A stretch of DNA of 27,386 nt from assembly GCA_963765765.1 (NCBI GenBank), contig CAVXYC010000012.1:1-27386 (forward strand), read 5' to 3'. This stretch comes from an uncultured Chloroflexia bacterium (lineage in GTDB: Bacteria; Chloroflexota; UBA6077; JACCZL01). The notes beneath the pieces are model-generated. The model saw nothing but the letters and a program-made list of their open reading frames with translations, had not been told where the DNA came from and searched no databases. Positions 8,891 to 18,565 of the stretch are shown here, piece after piece. The number at the start of each line of letters is the position of its first letter. The stretch's first letter is position 1. Position numbers and translations under genes: made by a program.

Positions 8891-9026
8891 CCAGCTTGGC
8901 AAGCGCTTTCTCTGCGAAGATTGCGGCTCTGAAACCCTGTGCACCAAACCCGGCGAGGGCACGGTCAGTTGCTGTGGCAAACCGATGCAACCAAAGGACC
9001 CCAAGTCGCTGCCGTCAGGAGACTAA
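8883..9026 (+). CDS. Small desulforedoxin-like metal-binding protein 2 (47 aa)
   Basis: MANQLGKRFLCEDCGSETLCTKPGEGTVSCCGKPMQPKDPKSLPSGD from GTG 8883, with AGGAGG RBS at 8871..8876. CxxC-x15-CC motif. Confidence 0.85.
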   Translation: MANQLGKRFLCEDCGSETLCTKPGEGTVSCCGKPMQPKDPKSLPSGD

Positions 9027-9067
9027 CGCTCTGGTAGACGGAGAGGGACCTAACGGGCTCTCAATCC

Positions 9068-10574
9068 ATGAGCCCCGCTGATCTTCTTCTCTTCAACGCG
9101 CGGGTCCTCACGCAGAATCCTGCCCGGCCTCTCGCCACAGCAGTTGCGGTCGCAGGTGAACGAATCATTGCCCTGGGCTCCTTTGATGAGCTCCAGGGAC
9201 TTGCAGGTCCACAGACCGCAATGGTCGACGCGCAGGGCGGGACTGCTGCACCGGGCTTCCATGACGCGCACCTGCATCTCCTGAGCTATGCGCGTCAGAA
9301 AGGGCGCGTCGACTGCCGTGGCATCGTCAGCCTAGATGATCTGGTGGAGCGCTTTGCCGCCCGCGTCGCCAACACTCCACCCGGTGGCTGGATACGCGCG
9401 GCCGGATTGGACCAGCTCAGCCTTACAGAGACGGTACTTCCGGACCGCACCGTGTTGGATCGAGCGGCGCCCCGACACCTGGTGCGGCTGCAGGATCGGT
9501 CGCTGCATCTCGACGTGCTTAACACGTCAGCGCTTAGAGCGACTGATCTATGGGACGAACGTAATCCATCGATTGAGCGCGATGCATTCACCGGGGAGCC
9601 CACAGGCCGAATCTTTCACGGTTCCGAGCTGCTGCGCGGGCGCTTTGGCCGGCCTTTATTCTCCGAGATCGCTCGAGACGTGCAGTCGGCATGCGCGGAG
9701 ATGGCCGCGTATGGACTGACCACGATTCAGGATGCGTCCGTAACGAATGGCGTGGAAGAGTGGGACCTATTCCACCAGCTGGCGGACGGTGGTTATCTCG
9801 GGGGCCTCCGCCTGTTCATGATGCCTGGTGCTCGGCTCTGGCGCGAAGTCCCCGGCGCACCGTTGCCGACATCAAGCGTCAGATTTGGCCCTGTGAAATT
9901 CATGCTCGATGAGAACCGGACTGATCCGCGCGAGCTCCGTGATAGTGTCGCGGAGGTTCGCGCAGCGGGAAAAGCGGTCGCGTTCCACTCAGTCAGCGAA
10001 GCAGAGCTCGTGCTTGCGCTCCATGCGCTGGAGCTCGCATCAAATCATCAGACAGCCTCATCTCCGAATCGCATCGAGCATGGCTCCATCATCCCAGAGG
10101 AGCTCCTCCCCGATCTTAGGGAGGCCGGAGTCACTGTGGTTGGACAGCCCGGACTTGTACGTGAGCGGGGTGACATCTACCAGCAAGAGCTTGCTCCAGA
10201 ACTGCACTCCTGGGTACACCGCGCGGCATCCCTACGCCGGAACGGCATCCCTTACGCCATTGGCTCTGATGCGCCGGTCCTCGAGCCACACCCCCTCGCA
10301 CACCTTGCCGCGGCACGCAGCCGATCAACGAGGTCGGGCGAGCGCCCTTGGCCCCGATGAAGCGCTGAGCACCGAGGACGCGCTGGACGCAATGACCATT
10401 GGTGCGGCGCGAACCGTGGGGGCGGGGCATGAGCTAGGCTCGATTCGCCCTGGAGCGCTCGCGGACGTAGTGGTCATCGAACCTGAGGTTCTGGACTCGC
10501 GGGATCCAATCGCGCGCGTCGGTCCAGTTAGGATCACGATCGGCGCAGGGCGAATCCTATGGCGTCGATCCTGA
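9068..10574 (+). CDS. Amidohydrolase family 3 (YtcJ-like) metal-dependent hydrolase (frameshift near 10345)
   Basis: PGFHDAHLH, TGEPTG, VAFHS, RIEH, GSDAP. C-terminus LGPDEALS..GSIRPGALADVVV lies in ORF 9909..10574. Confidence 0.9.
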
Positions 10575-10578
10575 CGGC

Positions 10579-11568
10579 CTAACCGCCAGTCTTCGCGAAC
10601 TTCACCGTCTCATCTTCGATTCGCTTCACCAGACTATCGTCCGCGAGCTGCTCCAGATGGGCGATAAGAGTACCAACCGCGTTGCGCCGCAGGAAATCTG
10701 GGAACTCGTCCCAGTTGTTGGGCTTGCTTTCCGACCAGATGTAGCTGGCCAGCTCGTACGGAGTTTGATACTCGGGCGTCATCACACTCAAAAGACGCTC
10801 GCGTCGATCGAGCTGGTGCTGCGCGATCTGATGGGCGCGGCCGGCCACCGAAGGCATGAGCTCACCGTGGCCCGGGATGGTGAGTCGGATTGGCGTCTCG
10901 GCGAGCTGCTTCAACGAAGCTAGGTAGCCCGGCATGGGATTGACCTTCGAATAGGGCTGCAAACTCACGTTGGAGTTCACCTTCGGAAGGATGTGGTCGC
11001 CCGAAAAGAGCAGCTCTTCGTCCGGCTCCAGTAAACACACGTGCCCTGGAGTATGCCCCGGAGTCCAATGAATCTGGAAGCGGTAGCGCCCCACGTCAAA
11101 TGTCTCGCCGCCCTCCAGCGTGCGATCGGGCTCGGTCACGGAGATCGATTGATTCCCCATTCCCAGTGAGCGGGTCGATCGTGTCGCCACGTCTGTGGGC
11201 ATGCCGTATCGCTGCAACCAGTTGAGCTGCATTGTTCGAAATGAGTCGGGCTCAGCGTAACGCAGGCGAATGTACGCCCAGTCGCTCTCGTGCATCCAGA
11301 CCCGAGCCCCGTGCTCTCGATGGAGATGGGCCGCAAGACCGCAGTGGTCGTGATGACCATGCGTTGCGATCACGGTGTGGATGGCATCCGGCGTCGTTCC
11401 CAGTTCCGCCAGCCCCGCCACCAGCGAATCTTTGGATTCATCGATATCGAGACCCGTGTCGATCAGCACGAATCCATCAGCATCACGAACGAGATAGACG
11501 TTCACGGAGCTGGTGAAGCTGTCCGGCATCGGCAGTCGGATGCTGTCGATACCCGGCGCTACTTCCAT
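10579..11568 (-). CDS. MBL-fold metallo-hydrolase
   Basis: LIDTG, THGHHDHCG (HxHxDH), TPGHTPGH, FSGDH, PGHG. Confidence 0.93.
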   Translation of the reverse strand: MEVAPGIDSIRLPMPDSFTSSVNVYLVRDADGFVLIDTGLDIDESKDSLVAGLAELGTTPDAIHTVIATHGHHDHCGLAAHLHREHGARVWMHESDWAYIRLRYAEPDSFRTMQLNWLQRYGMPTDVATRSTRSLGMGNQSISVTEPDRTLEGGETFDVGRYRFQIHWTPGHTPGHVCLLEPDEELLFSGDHILPKVNSNVSLQPYSKVNPMPGYLASLKQLAETPIRLTIPGHGELMPSVAGRAHQIAQHQLDRRERLLSVMTPEYQTPYELASYIWSESKPNNWDEFPDFLRRNAVGTLIAHLEQLADDSLVKRIEDETVKFAKTGG

Positions 11569-11610
11569 GATGAACCCGCGGGGAATCGCTCTCGCGATGT
11601 CGGATGGAGC

Positions 11611-12037
11611 TCACCGAGGCTGGAACTTGAAGAGTGTGGAGTCTTCGGTCACGTCTTCAAAGATCACTGAGACCGGCATACCAATTTTCACATCGTCCGG
11701 AGCGCAACCGACGATATTGCTGAGAATACGAGGCCCTTCGTCGAGCTCAACAATGGCCACGGCGTACGGGAGCTCTTCCGTAAATCCTCGGTGATATGCA
11801 CGGTGGAAGACCGTGAAAGTAAACACCTGTCCACGCCCACTTACGGGGCTCCATTTCCAATCATTACTCAGACAATGTGGGCATCGGTTGCTCGGCGGAA
11901 ACCAGAACTTGCTGCACGAGCGGCATTGCTGCAGCTCTAACGAATGGCGGTGGACATGCTTCCCAGAACGGAGCAGACTCGGGAGTAGACCGGGGCAGTG
12001 GCTTGAGGTAGTCGACCTGATCAACGGTCACGCTCAC
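11611..12037 (-). CDS. Zn-ribbon/OB-fold DUF35 protein (frameshift near 11955)
   Basis: KPLP..PESAPFWEA, then QQCRSC..FPP..CPHC..SGRG..PY..VELDEGPR. GTG start overlaps the thiolase stop. Confidence 0.9.
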
Positions 12038-13203
12038 GCACCTCGCTCGAGAATCAACGTCGTGTGGCACACGGTGTTCCCGCCATGCCCCGATACCAAG
12101 GCAAGACGGGCATCTTTAACCTGTCGGTCCGGGCCGTAATCATGGCGGACCTGACGGACGCCTTCCACCACCTGGAGCACGCCCTCGGCGTGGCTCTCGG
12201 AGAGCTGTCCGCCGGAGGTGTTGGTTGGTATTTTCCCGTCGAACCTCAGGGCTCCCGAGGCGACGAATGGCCCACCCTCCCCCTTCTCGCAGAAACCGTA
12301 GTCCTCGAGCTGTGCCAGAACCATGTAGGTGAAGCAATCGTACAACTGGGCGGTATCGATGTCCGCGGGCGTGCATTCGGCCATGGCATAGGCACGCTGG
12401 CCGCTTTCCTGCGCCGCCGTGGAGATCATGTGGTCGTCCGCGAACCAGCCCTTGAGATTGTTCTGCGAGCCGAAGCCGCGGATGATCGCGGGCACTTGAG
12501 GAAGATCTCGAGCCCGATCCAGGCTGGTGACGATCATGGCACCAGCAGCGTCACTGCGGAGCGAGCAATCGAACATCCCAAATGGATCGACGATCTTCCG
12601 CGCCCCCATGTAATCGTCAAGCGTGAGCGGCTTCTGCATCTGCGCTGCAGGATTTCGACAGGCATGCTCGCGAAACGCGACTGCTATGGCACCCAGCTGT
12701 TCCTTGGTGGTGCCATAGAGCGCCATGTGGCGCTGGGCGCCCAGTGCATGAGTGGCCGGGGCCCCGAAGTATCCAAACGGCCCCTCGAACTCGCGCGTGC
12801 GCTCAACCTCTGTGGAAGCCTGGCTCATCTTGCCCTGGCGCGTGCCTGGCACTCGGGTTCTTGACCAAGTGTTGCGGGAGAAGCCGCACAGCACGGTGTT
12901 TGCCAGTCCCGCGTTGATAGCCATGGTCGCCAGGACGACGGAAAGAGGTTGGCTGGCTCCCCCGTTGTCAAGGCACGTTGCAAACGCGGCGTTTATTCCG
13001 AGTCGTTGACCAAGCTGCTGCTGGAAGCAGTACTCGTCATCTGGACCTCGGACCACCACACCGTCGATATCGGATGGCTGCAGACCGGCGTCTGAAATCG
13101 CGGCAGTCGCAGCGTCGGACATGAGGCTGAGCGCGGTAGAGCCGGGAACCTCACCAAGCTGCGAGGTTCCGACCCCGACAATCGCAGTGCGGGTGTTGAG
13201 CAT
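12034..13203 (-). CDS. Thiolase-fold protein, SCP-x/Ltp type, lacking the canonical nucleophilic Cys
   Basis: TAIVGVG, DNGGAS, HACRNPAA, FDCSLRSDAAGA, QLYDCFT, NTSGGQLSESH. Start placed at MLNTR after a GGAG RBS. Confidence 0.9.
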   Translation of the reverse strand: MLNTRTAIVGVGTSQLGEVPGSTALSLMSDAATAAISDAGLQPSDIDGVVVRGPDDEYCFQQQLGQRLGINAAFATCLDNGGASQPLSVVLATMAINAGLANTVLCGFSRNTWSRTRVPGTRQGKMSQASTEVERTREFEGPFGYFGAPATHALGAQRHMALYGTTKEQLGAIAVAFREHACRNPAAQMQKPLTLDDYMGARKIVDPFGMFDCSLRSDAAGAMIVTSLDRARDLPQVPAIIRGFGSQNNLKGWFADDHMISTAAQESGQRAYAMAECTPADIDTAQLYDCFTYMVLAQLEDYGFCEKGEGGPFVASGALRFDGKIPTNTSGGQLSESHAEGVLQVVEGVRQVRHDYGPDRQVKDARLALVSGHGGNTVCHTTLILERGA

Positions 13204-13431
13204 CATGATCTCCACGGAAGAGCGGCGCATTGGCCAGAAGGCAAGCGGCACGCCCGGATGGCCCGAGAAACATAGCACCGCCCCCACGGGCCATCGTGGC
13301 AACCTGCCTGTCGGACGCTTCTACGGCATCGAGCGGAGCGGTACTTCGCCGCACGTCCAAACAGCGCTCAAGCCGCTCTCAGCTCACTCCGGCTCCGGTA
13401 ACATGGCAGGTACGCTCAGGGAGGGGACTCG

Positions 13432-14615
13432 ATGACAGCACCAAGTGCGCATCTCCGCGACCGCTACGCCATCGTCGGCGCCGGGCATAGTCCGCTTGGA
13501 GAGGTGCCCGGATCAACATCGATCAGTCTTGCTGGCCAGCGCCATGAAGAACGCAATCGAAGACGCCGGTTTGACCAACCGCGACATCGACGGCATCATC
13601 AGCCGTGGGCTCGGACGACATTTATTGTCACCATCAGCGGATCGGCCAGCAGCTCGGAATCAATGCACGGTTCAGCACGAGCCTGGATAACGGCGGCGCC
13701 AGCCAGATCATGTCTATCGCCATAGCCTGCATGACGATTGAGGCCGGGCTCGCCGATGTCGTCGTCACCGGCTACGGGCGCAACACCTGGAGCCGCAAGC
13801 AAGCTTCAGAGATCACGCGCATGCGCAGCATGAACGTGCCGGCCGACCAGGAGTCAAAGGAGTTTGGACCGGAGTACGGCCTGTTCGGGGCTCCCGCGAC
13901 GCATGCCTTTGGTGCGCGCCGACATATGGAGCTTTATGGCACCAAACGGGACCATTTCGGTCACATCTCCGTTGCCTTCAGAAATCACGCGTCGAAGAAC
14001 CCGCATGCGCAGAAGCAGAACCCTATCACGCTGGACGACTATCTAAACGCCCGCCTGATCGTGGATCCTTTTGGCCTCCTCGATTGCAGCCTGGTGAGTG
14101 ATGGCGCCGGCGCGGTCGTGGTGACCACTGCTGAGCGAGCGAAGGATCTTCAGCGTCACCCAGTCCTTATTTCAGGGTTCGGGTTCCAGAACAACCTGCG
14201 CGGGTGGCTACACGAGGATCACATGACTACCACAGCGGCTAAGAAGTCTTCGGAAACAGCCTACGCAATGGCCGGGATTGGTCCCAAGGACGTAGACACA
14301 GCGCAGATCTACGATTGCTTCACATACATGGTGCTCACTCAGCTCGAGGACTACGGCTTCTGCAAGAAGGGCGAGGGCGGCGATTTCGTCGCATCCGGCG
14401 CACTCGAGCTCGATGGATCACTCCCGACAAACACCTCTGGTGGACAGCTATCAGAGAGCCACGTGGAAGGCATGCTTCAGCCCGTCGAGGCGGTTCGACA
14501 GCTTCGGCACGAGTATGAGCCCAACCGGCAAGTCAAAAACGCTGAGGTGGCCGTGGTTAGCGGTCATGGCGGCAATACTGTCTGTCACTCCAGTCTTGTG
14601 CTACGGAGAGCCTGA
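13432..14615 (+). CDS. Thiolase-fold protein, paralogue of 12034..13203 (frameshifts near 13530 and 13605)
   Basis: AIVGAG, DNGGASQ, LDCSLVSDGAGA, QIYDCFT, NTSGGQLSESH, SGHGGNTVCH. GGAGG RBS upstream. Confidence 0.9.
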
Positions 14616-15031
14616 TGCCTTCTTCTGCCGAATACACCAAGCCGATCCCCGTTCCGAGTCCTGAATCCGGGCCATATTGGGCCGCTGCTCGAGAGCACAA
14701 GCTGCAAATCCAGCGTTGCAATGCCTGTACCCACATGTGGTTTCCACCGAGCGAGATCTGCCCGGAATGCCTGAGCGATCAATGGGAATGGCAAGAGGTC
14801 AGCGGGAGAGGCACCGTCTTTTCATTCGTGATCTTCCACCGGCCGTACCATCCGGGATTCAAGGACAACCTTCCCTACAACGTCTCGATCATCGAGCTGG
14901 AGGAAGGTCCACGCATGTTCTCGAACGTCATCGGCTGCAGCAATGACGACCTGCACATCGGCTTGCCGGTTAAGGTCGTCTTCGACGACGTGACGGATGA
15001 GGTGACGCTGCCGAAGTTCCAGCTAGCGTAG
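14615..15031 (+). CDS. Zn-ribbon/OB-fold DUF35 protein
   Basis: PESGPYW, CNAC..CPEC, SGRGTV, PY..IELEEGPR. TGATG coupling to the thiolase. Confidence 0.93.
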   Translation: MPSSAEYTKPIPVPSPESGPYWAAAREHKLQIQRCNACTHMWFPPSEICPECLSDQWEWQEVSGRGTVFSFVIFHRPYHPGFKDNLPYNVSIIELEEGPRMFSNVIGCSNDDLHIGLPVKVVFDDVTDEVTLPKFQLA

Positions 15032-15047
15032 AGCGGGGCCAGTGCTC

Positions 15048-15527
15048 TCACCGTAGAGCGGGACGCTGCTCACGGTGAGGGTCAGAGACCCGCCATTGGA
15101 CGAGCGTGAAGTCCCCGTCTGGGTGATCTTCGAACACTGCCTCGACCGGCGAGCCGATGGTCGACCTCCTGAAGGGGATCGCCCAGGAGATTACCGACCA
15201 TCCGGACGTTGTCGGCATCGGGCAGCTCCACAACCACGACAATGTACGGGCAACCCTGCTCCAGCGCGGGATGAACTGGATGCCAGACACGCGCCCAGCG
15301 TGAAGATGCTGACCGCGTCCCGAGACGCTTCGCCATTCGAGCGGCGAAGCTCCACACCTTCGGCACAGCCATTCAGGCTCCCATTGCCAGGCGCGGCACT
15401 CCCCGCAGTGCTGAACGGCGAGCTCGTGACGCTTCGCAGCTTCCCAGTAGCCTGCATCGACGCCATCCTTTGACGGTCGCGGAGACGGTAGCCCGGCCGG
15501 GAGGTAGGAATTGGAATCGATCGTCAT
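15048..15527 (-). CDS. Zn-ribbon/OB-fold DUF35 protein (compensating frameshifts)
   Basis: GYWEAA, CGEC..CRRC, SGRG, then RVWHPVHPAL..PYIVVVVELP..VRMVGNL in the alternate frame, then IGSPVEAVFEDH. Confidence 0.88.
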   Translation of the reverse strand: MTIDSNSYLPAGLPSPRPSKDGVDAGYWEAAKRHELAVQHCGECRAWQWEPEWLCRRCGASPLEWRSVSGRGQHLHAGRVSGIQFIPRWSRVARTLSWLWSCPMPTTSGWSVISWAIPFRRSTIGSPVEAVFEDHPDGDFTLVQWRVSDPHREQRPALR

Positions 15528-15536
15528 CCTAGCCAG

Positions 15537-16704
15537 TCATCCATGGAGCAGCAGTGCACTTACTGGCGACGTCGCGGGTCCACCCGCAACCAATGAGACC
15601 TGGGCGTCATCGACCTGGCAGGTGGACTCACCCCGGATCTGTCGCACGGCCTCATTCACCAGCTCCAGCCCGTGCATGTAGCACTCCGCCAGGTTACCGC
15701 CACTGGTATTCAGGGCAGAGCTCCACTCTGCCAGCTCAGATTCTCGACCGTGCAAAACGATTCGATCTCTTCGGGCGGACGGAATCCGAGGTCGGCTAGC
15801 GTCATCACCACGGCGCCAGTGAAGTTCTCGTACACCTGCGCGTTGTCCACATCTTCAGGACTGATCCCGGCGCGTTCGAAGAGTCGCCTACCGACCTGAC
15901 GAAAGTTCGACGTCGCGTAGTCTCGGTGCATTCTGGGAGACCATGGAGTATCGATCGCCCGAACCCTCCGCGACGCTCATGACGAACGCGGGTCGGGAAC
16001 GGGCATCCTGTGCGCGCTCGGCCGTCGTCAGGATCACCGCTGCAGCGCCATCGTTCTCCTGACAGCAATCGAACAGATGAAACGGCTCCACGATCCAGCG
16101 AGAGGCATCGTACGCCTCTCGAGTGAGCGGTCGGCCATACATGACTGCGCGCGGGATTTCGTTGAGCGTGCTCGTAGGCGGTGAGCGCGATGGCGGCGAG
16201 CGCATCCTGCGAAACGTCGTACTGGTCCATAAATCGCCTCGTTCGGAGAGCGATCATCTGAGCTGGCGAGAACAGCCCGTAAGGAAGGGTGTATGCGCGT
16301 TGGCCTTCGACAGAGTCATCGCCGTCGCGCCGGCCAAAACGCCCGAATTGCCCCTGCGCCAGGGCCCGGTGCACGACCACGTAATCCGCGTAGCCGGCAT
16401 TCAGCGCCGCCGCGGCGGTCCCGATCGCGCCGCACACCAGGCCTCCACCGCCCCACGCAAGCGCGGTGTAGCGTATCTCCTCGATGCCGAACGCCGCCGC
16501 AAGGCGAACCGGCTCATTGCGATCATTCGCGTAGGAGACGAAACCGTCGATCTGGCGAACGTCGATGCCTGCGTCGACTGCCGCGTTCTTGATCGCCTCA
16601 CAGGCCAGCCTGAACTCGGGCACGGGTGCGCTGCCACGCTTGTAGTAGGCCGTCTCGCCAATGCCGACGATCGCCACTCGGTCGCTAATGGTGTAATCAG
16701 TCAT
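15537..16704 (-). CDS. Ltp2-like thiolase-fold protein, possible acyl-CoA aldolase (about 3 frameshifts)
   Basis: VAIVGIGET, WGGGG, HAQRNPRA, FDCCQENDGAAA, QVYENFT, NTSGGNLAECYMHG, EAVRQIRG, stitched from four ORF fragments. Confidence 0.88.
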
Positions 16705-16760
16705 GAGTACGCCGGAGCCGTGCCGAGTGCCCCGATGTCGTCTCCGGTACACTTGAAGCC

Positions 16761-17558
16761 ATGCAGAACCAGTCGGACCTCACCGGGCAGGTGGCGCTTG
16801 TAACTGGTGGAACGGCCGGAATCGGCAAGTCGGCCGCCTTGGCCCTGGCGCGGCGAGGGGCAAACGTTGCGCTTGTGGCGCGCGACGCCGAGCGAGGGCT
16901 CGCGATCGTCGCAGAATTCGAAAGGTTGGGTCACCGTGCGGCGTTTCAGCCAGCGGATCTGGCAAGCTTCGGCGAGGTCCAGGCCGCAGTTGAGACGACG
17001 GTCGAGGAATTCGGACGCTTGGATATTCTGGTGGCCAGCGGTGGTTGGGGCATGAGTGAGACCCCGGCCAGGCTCTTCCACGAGATCGATCCTGCTCTCT
17101 ACCCCAACTACACGATGACCCATCTATTCAGCCGCCTTCACGCTGTAAGAGCCGCGCTCGATCCAATGATTGCGGCCGGCAGTGGAAGCATCGTTCTGGT
17201 CACAACCGATTCGGCCCGCACACCTACGCCTGGCGAATCGCTCATCGGCGGATCGGCCGCGGCGCTTCTCTTCCTCGTTCGGGCCCTGGGCCGCGAGCTT
17301 GCTCGACACCACATCCGTATCAACGCTGTTGCTACGACGCTCACGCGGGACACGGAGTGGTACGACTGGTATCAAGAGCATCGGGCCTCCGACGCCGTCC
17401 TTGTGCGCGCATTCCGCAAGCTCGAAGAGGCAGCGGCGCTGGGACTCGCCAGCCCGGACGATATAGCCGAAACCATTGTGCATCTTGCTTCCCGCGCTTC
17501 CGCCCACATTTCCGGCGCGACGATCAGCGTGAATGGCGGAGCATCCTTCCCAGCGTAG
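16761..17558 (+). CDS. SDR-family oxidoreductase, atypical active site
   Basis: VTGGTAGIG, FGRLDILV, ELARHHIRINAV, SGATISVNGG. The YxxxK position reads IGGSA. Confidence 0.9.
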   Translation: MQNQSDLTGQVALVTGGTAGIGKSAALALARRGANVALVARDAERGLAIVAEFERLGHRAAFQPADLASFGEVQAAVETTVEEFGRLDILVASGGWGMSETPARLFHEIDPALYPNYTMTHLFSRLHAVRAALDPMIAAGSGSIVLVTTDSARTPTPGESLIGGSAAALLFLVRALGRELARHHIRINAVATTLTRDTEWYDWYQEHRASDAVLVRAFRKLEEAAALGLASPDDIAETIVHLASRASAHISGATISVNGGASFPA

Positions 17559-17622
17559 TCTCGGACGGTCGGACACGTTGGCTAGTGAGCCTCGCGTAGG
17601 GACGCCAGCGCTTGAAGGGCGC

Positions 17623-18524
17623 CTACCGCCCGCGCAGCCGTGGGTCCAACACATCGCGGAGCGCATCCCCGAGCAGGTTCCAGGCGAGCACGGTGAGTGA
17701 TATGGCCAAGCCGGGCCAGATCATCATCCATGGTGCCACCATCATGTAGCTGCGGCTCTCGCCGGCCAGCATCCGCCCCCAGGCGGGAGTGGGTGCAGGC
17801 ACGCCAAGGCCGAGGAAGCTCAGAGAAGCCTCCGCCAGAATGGCTCGCCCAAGCGCCAGCGTCGTGATCACGATAAGGGGTGCAATCGTATTCGGAAGGA
17901 CGTGGCGCAACATGATGCGGAAATTGATTGCGCCCATTGTCCGGGCAGCTTCGATATAGTCGAACCGTTTGATCGAGAGCACCGAGCTGCGGATGATTCG
18001 ATTGGTCTGGGGAACGCTGGTGATGGCGACCGCGATGATCGTCTGAACAAGACCGGGCCCCAGCACGCTCATGATAGCGAGCGCGAGAAGGATGCCCGGG
18101 AACGCCATCCACGCGTCCATCACCCGCTGAGCGATGAGGTCCAGCTTGCCACCCAGATAGCCGGAAACGATACCCAGACGTTGCACCGATAACCGTGCCG
18201 ATGGCGACGGCGGCAATGCCCACCTGCAGCGAGATGCGTGCTCCGTGGATGATCTGGCTGAGAATGTCTCGACCAAAGTTATCCGTCCCAAACCAGTGCT
18301 CGGCGCTGGGACCCCGCAGCATGGACGATGTTTGCTCCGTGGGATCGAATGGCGCCAGCCATGGGGCAAAGATCGCCACGAAGACGATGAGCGCGATGGC
18401 CACCAGCGCGGCGGTGCCTAAGGGCTTGCTCTTGGCAAGCTGGCCGACTGTGTGACCGTCGTGGCGCACGCGATCGCGCGGCCACGGCCAGAGGCTGGCT
18501 TATTGCGCTTTGGGCCGTTGCCAT
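17623..18524 (-). CDS. Peptide/nickel-type ABC transporter permease, DppC/OppC-like (frameshifted)
   Basis: HWFGTDNFGRDILSQIIHGARISL, YIEAARTMGA (EAA loop), EASLSFLGLG, NLLGDALRDVLDPR. Start approximate. Confidence 0.92.
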
Positions 18525-18565
18525 ACTGCTTGCTCCACGTTCACAGTTTCAGTCGGTCCTAACGA

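Noticed and set aside
8726-9026. Cys-rich small ORFs as RiPP precursors
   Set aside because: Cys spacing fits the desulforedoxin metal site, and there is no radical SAM, YcaO, lanthipeptide synthetase or peptide exporter in the window.
12064-12864. Long antisense ORFs (e.g. 12064..12864, 286..1233, 6866..7573, 16123..16803, 22167..22919)
   Set aside because: They lie opposite well-supported genes, have no recognisable motifs, and are expected in GC-rich DNA.
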